Virus record (IMG/VR): IMGVR_UViG_3300018475_001996
Coordinates: 1-64,000 of that record
DNA: 64,000 nucleotides
Origin: an uncultured virus (IMG/VR IMGVR_UViG_3300018475_001996)
Taxonomy: Duplodnaviria > Heunggongvirae > Uroviricota > Caudoviricetes
Strand: one strand, 5' to 3'
Positions within the stretch are counted from its first letter, which is position 1. Each line of letters starts with the position of its first letter. A model generated the notes under the pieces. The model was not told the DNA's origin, did no database searches, and worked only from the letters and a program-made list of their open reading frames with translations. Below are positions 57,131 to 64,000 of this stretch, one piece after another. Both the position numbers and the translations under genes were made by a program.

Positions 57131-57403
57131 TTAGGCCATAACCTCCTGTTGAAGTGTTCGATATAATGCAACCATGTTACGGTCGAGTTCAGAACGCTTG
57201 TGCTTACCACGAAGAACCTTTTCAGCCATGAAACAAATAGTTGCTTCAGTCTGAGAAAGAGCTACGAGACTTGACACAGCATAACGGGTATGTTCCGGTG
57301 AACGGATTTCCATACCTTCGAGCTGAACACGGTTACGGGTTTGTTCATTGCCGGTTGTGACCACATAGGCCTTACCGGTCTTTCGATTCATTGCATAATT
57401 CAT
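57131..57403 (-). CDS. hypothetical protein
   Basis: GAGGAG RBS before MNYAM. Confidence 0.55.
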   Translation of the reverse strand: MNYAMNRKTGKAYVVTTGNEQTRNRVQLEGMEIRSPEHTRYAVSSLVALSQTEATICFMAEKVLRGKHKRSELDRNMVALYRTLQQEVMA

Positions 57404-57494
57404 ATTAATCTCCTCTATCAATTTTATCGATATTACAAATATAGTTAATCGCCTGTAAAAAATTGTTTAACATAGGAAAAAGATTTGAGTTTTC

Positions 57495-58070
57495 TTACAG
57501 GGTTGATACGGGAAGCAATATGAGCTCATTTTTGAGAGAATACAACTTGGACATCATGTTTTTTACAAATGTATGATGTTTATCCGAATTTTTGTCAAAT
57601 ATCGGATCTGTTGATTCTGTATAATTAACTATTCTACAAAGGTCACCGAGAGCCGCGTCAAATTTATTCAGAACTTTGAAAAAGGTAAATAGCTTTTCAA
57701 AAGTAAACCAGCTCTTAAATTGAGAAATACTATCAAACCGCATGGTCTGATATTTATCGATGCCATCCTGGAAAAATTCTTGGTCAAAGTATTCATACAT
57801 AGCCTTACGGCAAAGATTTTCCTCACCTTCAGTATAAAAACTTTGAATATAAGTATCGGCTACATAAACTATTCCGACTTTCTTATCATCAGTAACTGTA
57901 ATTTTAATATCATGCACCCCGAAAGGTACGACAATACAGGTAGTATATACCTTAATAAGTGGAATCTGCCGTGTAGTATTATGTAGAGCAGTTTCCACTA
58001 TTTCTGCTACTTCTTTATCAAATAGACCGTAGTCTAAATATTCAATTCTGTCTTTTTTAGTCATATACAC
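57495..58070 (-). CDS. hypothetical protein
   Basis: ORF after a promoter. Confidence 0.55.
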   Translation of the reverse strand: MYMTKKDRIEYLDYGLFDKEVAEIVETALHNTTRQIPLIKVYTTCIVVPFGVHDIKITVTDDKKVGIVYVADTYIQSFYTEGEENLCRKAMYEYFDQEFFQDGIDKYQTMRFDSISQFKSWFTFEKLFTFFKVLNKFDAALGDLCRIVNYTESTDPIFDKNSDKHHTFVKNMMSKLYSLKNELILLPVSTL

Positions 58071-58146
58071 TTCAAAGTGTAATACATTGCATTACACTAT
58101 CATAATATAGTAAAATGACGGGCTTTTGTAAACCCGCCATGCTACA

Positions 58147-58680
58147 TTATTTTAGTCTTTCAATTATCTTTTTGACAATTTCGTTATATCCGTCTTCAGT
58201 TCCGTCAGCAGTTTCATATTTCAGATTATTTGAATCCAAAAATTCCAATAATCTTCCATCGATTGCCCTAGCTTCTTCTTCAGTCTGGTTTCGACCGTTA
58301 GGATTATACTTCTTTGCACGCTTTACGAAAATATTAAAAGTATTTGGATATTTCTTTGCTTCATAAAGGCATACATCCTGATACGGTTTTTCTTCGGTAT
58401 ACATAGCGCCCATTGCAATAGGACTATCTGTAACAATTACGTCAACCTTTCCGAGAAGTCTCGCAACTTTCAGGCATTGCTTACCGGTTACATATAACTG
58501 ACAATACTTGAGCGGAAACTGATCATCTTGCCATACACGATCTTTCGCATATTCTGAAACATATTCACAATCAACGCCAGCCATCTTAAGTTTCGCAAAA
58601 ATATAAGCAGCTCCTGTCGACTTTCCCGAACCAGGACCCGCATAAAGATTAACCAATAGAGTATTACATGTTCTTTTCAT
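58147..58680 (-). CDS. P-loop kinase (NadR/AAA_28-like)
   Basis: NLYAGPGSGKST, EYAKD, VTDSP and GRNQTEEEA motifs. Confidence 0.75.
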   Translation of the reverse strand: MKRTCNTLLVNLYAGPGSGKSTGAAYIFAKLKMAGVDCEYVSEYAKDRVWQDDQFPLKYCQLYVTGKQCLKVARLLGKVDVIVTDSPIAMGAMYTEEKPYQDVCLYEAKKYPNTFNIFVKRAKKYNPNGRNQTEEEARAIDGRLLEFLDSNNLKYETADGTEDGYNEIVKKIIERLK

Positions 58681-58785
58681 AATTTTCACCTGTGATTACA
58701 AATATAGTAAATTTTTTATTGCCTATTGAAATGTTTATAAAAATCTGTATTTACAAAAACGCTTCAGTTTGCTATATTTATTAAC

Positions 58786-59973
58786 ATGAAGATTGATTTA
58801 TCGACTATCAAAAATGACCTCCTCACTTCTGGTATGAAACTCGCTTCCGCTATCGAAAGCAAGGGTTACGAAGCATATCTGGTTGGCGGTTGCGTTCGTG
58901 ACATGGTTCGTTGGACTATTGGCCAATGTGGTTTTCCGGATATTCACGATATTGACATCAGCACGAACATGCCTATCGATGAACTTCAGAAAAACTTCAA
59001 AACTGCCAGTAACAATGGCGAAGCTCACGGCACTATTCTGGTTTTCCAGGACGGTGAGCCTTTTGAAGTGACTCAGTTCCGTACCGATGGCGCTTATACC
59101 GATGGTCGTCACCCGGATTCAATCAAGTTCGCCAAGACTTTCAAGGAAGACTGCTTACGCCGCGATTTTACTATCAACGCAATGGGTCTTACCGGTCAGG
59201 GTGAAGTCATTGACTATTACGGTGGTATCGATGATGTTACGAACGGCATTATCCGAGCTGTCGGTAAGGCAGAAGACCGTTTTGCTGAAGATTATCTCAG
59301 AATTTTCCGCGGTGTTCGTTTCATGGTCAACTTCGACTATTCTTTGGCTGATAGTACCTATGAAGCGATGAAGACAACCGTTGATACTTATACTTATAAG
59401 ATTAACTCTCTGTCTTATCCTCGTATTCGTGATGAAATCAGCAAGGTCAAGAATCCTTCTAAGAATCTCGCTTTGTTTTTCACGACACTGTATCGTACCG
59501 GTATTCTGAAATACTTGGTTACTTTCGAAGATGTTGATATTCCGGGTCTGATTGCACGTTTAGAATCTGTAAATCATCTCACTGCGGATAACATCTTTGC
59601 GGTTATCGCTTTCGGCGAATACGACGTAATGTTACATCGTCTTGCTGCTACTCGAGAAGATTCTCGTTTGCTCAAGTGGTATTATTACATGCTCAAGAAG
59701 CTGAAAGAACCTAACGAAAATACAAGCTGGGACACTATTGTTAAATTCGTCGAAGGTGATTACAAAACTCTCCTCGAACTGTCCAAGATTGTTCCTGCCT
59801 GGTATAACAGAATTCCTATCGCTTTGAAGCTTAAAAAGGATAAACCCGATTTACATGCTATCTCTGAAAGAGTTCAGAACGAATTTCATGTTAAACCAGG
59901 TCCTAAGTTCGGTGCAGCTGTTAGCTACCTGCTCGAAGAGGCTTACGAAGCAAAAGCAAGGCATCTTCAATAA
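58786..59973 (+). CDS. cca: CCA-adding enzyme / tRNA nucleotidyltransferase
   Basis: YLVGGCVRD, DIDIST, HGT, EVTQFR, RRDFTINAM and RFAEDYLRIFR motifs; divergent promoter. Confidence 0.9.
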   Translation: MKIDLSTIKNDLLTSGMKLASAIESKGYEAYLVGGCVRDMVRWTIGQCGFPDIHDIDISTNMPIDELQKNFKTASNNGEAHGTILVFQDGEPFEVTQFRTDGAYTDGRHPDSIKFAKTFKEDCLRRDFTINAMGLTGQGEVIDYYGGIDDVTNGIIRAVGKAEDRFAEDYLRIFRGVRFMVNFDYSLADSTYEAMKTTVDTYTYKINSLSYPRIRDEISKVKNPSKNLALFFTTLYRTGILKYLVTFEDVDIPGLIARLESVNHLTADNIFAVIAFGEYDVMLHRLAATREDSRLLKWYYYMLKKLKEPNENTSWDTIVKFVEGDYKTLLELSKIVPAWYNRIPIALKLKKDKPDLHAISERVQNEFHVKPGPKFGAAVSYLLEEAYEAKARHLQ

Positions 59974-60006
59974 AAATAAACCCGGTTTTAAAAACCGGGT
60001 TTTCTT

Positions 60007-60255
60007 TTACTTAGCGGTAGATTCCCAACTGAAAGTAATTGTGTTATTGTCTTCGTCCATTCGAAGGAACTTAAATTCAAATTCAGAGAATTCAATATCC
60101 TTACGTTTCATCGTGGGCGATTTTACTTGAACTTCAAGAACTGGCAAACAGCATTCTCGGAATCGTGTGATTTGACGAGATGCTCCAGGAGTTCCTTCAG
60201 CTTCATCTACAATAGAACATGCTTTAGTTTTCTTATTAACTCTTACAATAACCAT
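60007..60255 (-). CDS. hypothetical protein
   Basis: GGAG RBS. Confidence 0.5.
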   Translation of the reverse strand: MVIVRVNKKTKACSIVDEAEGTPGASRQITRFRECCLPVLEVQVKSPTMKRKDIEFSEFEFKFLRMDEDNNTITFSWESTAK

Positions 60256-60696
60256 TTAGATTCTCCGTTTAATTTTAATTTCGTTTTCCAGATCCTTAAA
60301 CTGTTCTTTCATGTATGCAACCTTATCTGGCGGTACATTATGAACATTTTGGAATTCGTTATCCATACGATAAATCGTGACCTCAATGCCACGAGCTGCC
60401 GCCTCTTTCAAATACGGTTTCATATCCTTACGGGTTACAAAAGTATTTGCGACGATAACATACTGAATTCCGTCGTCTAATGCCTTAAACGCTCTTTCAT
60501 AACAATTTTTATGGGCATAATAAATTCGTTTTTGGTCGAAATTATAATTACCCTTATCATCATACCAAAAATCGTCGGCCTCGAAGTGCTTGACTGTATA
60601 GCCCTGCTTTTCGAGGTCGGCTTTAAGCGCTTTGGCATAAGTAGACTTTCCGGATCCAGGGATTCCCCTGATAATTATTAATGTCTGCTTTGCCAT
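60256..60696 (-). CDS. polynucleotide-kinase-like P-loop protein (AAA_33)
   Basis: RGIPGSGKST, EADD, VANT and NVHNVP motifs. Confidence 0.8.
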   Translation of the reverse strand: MAKQTLIIIRGIPGSGKSTYAKALKADLEKQGYTVKHFEADDFWYDDKGNYNFDQKRIYYAHKNCYERAFKALDDGIQYVIVANTFVTRKDMKPYLKEAAARGIEVTIYRMDNEFQNVHNVPPDKVAYMKEQFKDLENEIKIKRRI

Positions 60697-60887
60697 TTTT
60701 CTGATTTCCTATTCTGTGAACCGATATATTATCGCAACCAGTAGAACATTCAGTAAATAGAATTTAAAGAATATTCCTAGGATTGTACGACAACATAAGT
60801 CTTTGCTTGTGGTTCCTATTGAAGATATGACTAAAAAGAAACATTCCAATAGGAACAACGCCGTTCCATATTCAAATATAGTTAAAA

Positions 60888-62156
60888 TCATTCTTCAATA
60901 GTCCTCTGCACGTTAGAAGGTTCCAATTTTTTGTGAACTGCACGCTTAACAGATGCATAATTAGTGATATTACGATTAATGCACTTGATAGCCTGCATAA
61001 TAGCCCCAATATCGCTCTTATAGTGCTCCAGAGCGTATTCGTAGCGAGAACGCTGGTCTTCGCAAGCCTTCATGGTTTCGCGAGCCTCAGCGAGAACTTC
61101 TTCAGTACGTTCCTTAACCTGAATGCGGACACTTTCGGCGTATGCACGTAAATCAGGGAATTCTTCAGGAATATACAGAACTTCATCATCTACAGGCTTG
61201 TAACCGTTAGTCTTGTCGACATGGGCATGGAAGAAATCCTTTTCACAGTCATACGCTACCCAGATATTCCACTCGCTGAGGCATTCGAATATCTTTGCGA
61301 GCTGGCACCATTCATCGGATTTAACCTTGACCTTGAATCCATATTCCGGGAAAGTTACAACATAACCTTCCTGAGACGAAGGAAGCTTGGTCGCAGTATT
61401 TCGAGCGTCATTGAAATTATCGTATTCATAGATTTCTGCCATCTTGATTTGCCAAGTATTGGCATAAGCGCTAAGTCCAATAATATGCTCTTCAGCACCA
61501 GTTTCATTGTCGATAACTGCCAAAAGAACAAGACCTTCAAAATCATAACGAATCGGGTGAAAATCTTCATTTGAAACAATTTCAAACAAATAAGTTTTCT
61601 TCGGATTCAAAGTTGCCGCATGAGGACCGCCGATATGCTGGTCAAACCAACGCTGTCCCCAAATTGCCTGGTCAGAATCGAAAGATCCACCGGTCTTCAA
61701 CTGCCAATGCTTAAGATAAGGATTCCAGAATACAATACCTAAAGAACCGTCCACCTTTTCCATAGTCAGGAAACGAATAGACTTGAGAATCTTTCGAATA
61801 TCAATTTTCTTCTGGTACTTCATTACCTTTTTTGCAAGGTCGGTAAGTTCGCCAGTTTCGTTGTTAATCAATTCGCCATAGTTGAAGAATTTATCAAAAG
61901 GACGTGCTACAATTTCGCCGGTTTCAGAATCGAAAACAATACCACGAGCATTGAGAGTAATTTCATCCCAATCCGATGAATATACTGTTTCACGAGTATA
62001 CTTGAAACCAACCAGCTTACCATACCAGTGAGCTGAAATACGTCCCTTCTTTGCTGCCTTCAAATACTTACGGAGTCTGTGCTTGTTCCGCAGTTTCCGG
62101 AGTAGGTTCTTCAGCCAAGTCATCATTTTTCTTTTCCACCTTTTTCTTAGGCTCAT
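60888..62156 (-). CDS. T4 Rnl1-type RNA ligase (true start probably a little downstream)
   Basis: ARGIVF, FDKFFN, EKVDGSL, FEI, EGYVV and KVK motifs. Confidence 0.85.
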   Translation of the reverse strand: MSLRKRWKRKMMTWLKNLLRKLRNKHRLRKYLKAAKKGRISAHWYGKLVGFKYTRETVYSSDWDEITLNARGIVFDSETGEIVARPFDKFFNYGELINNETGELTDLAKKVMKYQKKIDIRKILKSIRFLTMEKVDGSLGIVFWNPYLKHWQLKTGGSFDSDQAIWGQRWFDQHIGGPHAATLNPKKTYLFEIVSNEDFHPIRYDFEGLVLLAVIDNETGAEEHIIGLSAYANTWQIKMAEIYEYDNFNDARNTATKLPSSQEGYVVTFPEYGFKVKVKSDEWCQLAKIFECLSEWNIWVAYDCEKDFFHAHVDKTNGYKPVDDEVLYIPEEFPDLRAYAESVRIQVKERTEEVLAEARETMKACEDQRSRYEYALEHYKSDIGAIMQAIKCINRNITNYASVKRAVHKKLEPSNVQRTIEE

Positions 62157-62331
62157 ACTTATGAGTCTTATCGAGTTCTACCGTTTCAATAGTACATCCA
62201 GCTTCATACTTTTCACGAATGAAACTTTCAAGTTCTCCGCGAACTTCAGTTTCCGTTTCGCCATAACGCTTAAAAACAAGCGGTCCTGGAATACCTTCAA
62301 TTAAAACCAAGCACTTATAACGTTGTTTCAT
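62068..62331 (-). CDS. hypothetical protein
   Basis: ORF between the phosphoesterase and the ligase. Confidence 0.5.
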   Translation of the reverse strand: MKQRYKCLVLIEGIPGPLVFKRYGETETEVRGELESFIREKYEAGCTIETVELDKTHKYEPKKKVEKKNDDLAEEPTPETAEQAQTP

Positions 62332-62996
62332 TATTTTTCCCACATGGCATCGGTTTTGACCAGTTCATCAATGCTTACTGGACGATACCATGCTTCCCAG
62401 CTAACATTGTTTTCGACCATTTTGCCGTTATGGTTATCGACAACGCTAGTCTTGTTGAATTCATGCGTATGACCATGAACGAGATAGTCAATAGGCTTAC
62501 CTTCCGCAAGATACTGGTTCAATGCGGTCGGGTCACCAGTTGTACCGTCATGTTCATTAATCGTTTCATCATAATTATAATGCTGCAACAGATAGTTCTT
62601 ACCATTATACGTAAGGTAAATGTTATCCTTTACCATAGTAATGTTCGGAAACATAGTTTCCTTGACCGGATAGAGCTTCTTGAACAGAGCATAGTCATGA
62701 TTACCACGAATCATATACATGTGCTTGAAATTCAACTTGTTCGTGTAATAATCGCCAAACACTTCAAGCAACTTGCTACCGGGAGTACCGAGAGTAAAAT
62801 CACCGAGGAAAATGACAATATCATTCGGAGAAACAACAGAATTCCATTGCTTCACAATATCTTCATTCATTTCCTCGACGGTTACGTACTTTCGTGTACG
62901 GTCAAAATGATCCTCGTAACTCGTGCAGAGTTTACGATGATTAACGTGCAAGTCACTGACAATAAAAATCTTTTCGTTGTGTAATTCTAGTTCCAT
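62331..62996 (-). CDS. calcineurin-like metallophosphoesterase
   Basis: SDLH, LGDF, GNHD, QHY and HGHTH motifs. Confidence 0.85.
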   Translation of the reverse strand: MELELHNEKIFIVSDLHVNHRKLCTSYEDHFDRTRKYVTVEEMNEDIVKQWNSVVSPNDIVIFLGDFTLGTPGSKLLEVFGDYYTNKLNFKHMYMIRGNHDYALFKKLYPVKETMFPNITMVKDNIYLTYNGKNYLLQHYNYDETINEHDGTTGDPTALNQYLAEGKPIDYLVHGHTHEFNKTSVVDNHNGKMVENNVSWEAWYRPVSIDELVKTDAMWEK

Positions 62997-63205
62997 AATG
63001 CAAATATAATAAAAATAAGGCATTTTGTAAATGCCTTATTTTTTGTCACCAGATTTTGGAAACCGGTAACAGAGCAATACTAATAAAATTGTTTCAAGAA
63101 TTACATAGATTATCGAAAACTGAAGCTGTAACAATGAACAGAAAATGAACATTGTAAAGAACACTGATAAAAACGTGTTAATAATGAATAATAACAGTTT
63201 TTCCA

Positions 63206-63412
63206 TTATTCCTCAACTTCTTCTACCAAATCCTTGATTTTTACAATTTTAGGTTTTTGACCATTCAATTCAAACGCATGTGTATTGATATAGTCAGTAC
63301 ACTGTGCGGAAGAATCGAAAGTATATGCTGAGCGCGGATTTCTGGTGGTTCCCCAACCATTCCAATATTCTGAATCAATCTTAAGAACGTAATAATATTT
63401 AAGCATAGCCAT
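63206..63412 (-). CDS. hypothetical protein
   Basis: Short ORF. Confidence 0.5.
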   Translation of the reverse strand: MAMLKYYYVLKIDSEYWNGWGTTRNPRSAYTFDSSAQCTDYINTHAFELNGQKPKIVKIKDLVEEVEE

Positions 63413-63424
63413 CTTTATATATGA

Positions 63425-64000
63425 TTACTTCTGCAGATAATCTTGAATAATCTTTTCATGATGGAAACCCATCTTCGGAAGATTACCGACACTGAACCAT
63501 GCTGCATCCTTCGCATCGTCGCCGGCCTTAGCCATCTTCTTTTCCTTACCAGTAACCCTTACAGATACTGCTGTATCGATAATACGCAAGCGTGGGTCAA
63601 ACATATGGCTATAGGTCTTAATCTGTTCGAACTTTTCAACTGGGAGGTTCAGAGACGTTTCTTCGCGGAATTCACGCTGTGCTGCATGTTCCAAAGAAGC
63701 ATCAGCCTTTTCAGGAAGTCCGGTTTCCTTATTGATATAATCAACCGGATTAAAGAATCCACCAGGAGTACAGAAGTAATTCATATACGGTGGTTTCCTA
63801 CGGCGAATCAACAGAACTTCATCACCGGAAATACCGACAATATCAACCGTGTTTGCAAACTTTCCCCAACCCTGCTTCTTATAGTTTTCAATCCACTGCT
63901 TTTCAAGTTCAGTATAGTTGGTCGGATTCTGGTCATAAAGACTGTTTGTCTTAATCGGATTATCACGGTCATCCGTAAGTTCGCCTTCTTTTCGGATATA
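63425..64000 (-). CDS. Nudix (ADP-ribose pyrophosphatase-like) hydrolase; frame open to the window edge, 5' truncated
   Basis: TVDIV, VLLIRR, PGGF, AAQREFREET, DPR, AGDDA and FHH motifs. Confidence 0.85.
   Translation of the reverse strand, partial: YIRKEGELTDDRDNPIKTNSLYDQNPTNYTELEKQWIENYKKQGWGKFANTVDIVGISGDEVLLIRRRKPPYMNYFCTPGGFFNPVDYINKETGLPEKADASLEHAAQREFREETSLNLPVEKFEQIKTYSHMFDPRLRIIDTAVSVRVTGKEKKMAKAGDDAKDAAWFSVGNLPKMGFHHEKIIQDYLQK

Overview
Segment of a large, AT-rich, T4-like/jumbo bacteriophage genome. Almost all genes are on the minus strand. It holds T4-type replication genes (split family-B DNA polymerase, UvsX/RecA, the C-terminal half of an NAD-dependent ligase) and a large translation-rescue and tRNA-repair kit (two tRNA arrays, tmRNA, Pth2, RtcB, Rnl1-type ligase with kinase and phosphoesterase, CCA-adding enzyme, IF-1, ClpP). 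It also has NAD+ salvage genes (pncA, pncB, nadE, a Nudix), purA, chaperones (Hsp20, two GroES, PspA) and many small hypothetical or membrane genes. Main observation: each tRNA array is preceded by tandem promoters, a 20-25-codon leader ORF too short for the ORF track, and an intrinsic terminator with a competing antiterminator at the end of the leader. The leader codons match the anticodons of the array behind it (Thr/Asn/Pro for array 1; Lys/Gln/Ile-AUA/Arg-AGA for array 2). A third, Ser-rich leader with the same layout precedes protein genes. This looks like ribosome-mediated attenuation that would transcribe phage tRNAs when the matching host tRNAs are depleted. The mechanism is inferred, not tested. 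Several tRNAs have non-canonical architecture or A34 anticodons. All calls come from reading motifs by eye; no database search or folding was run, and the host cannot be determined from this window.
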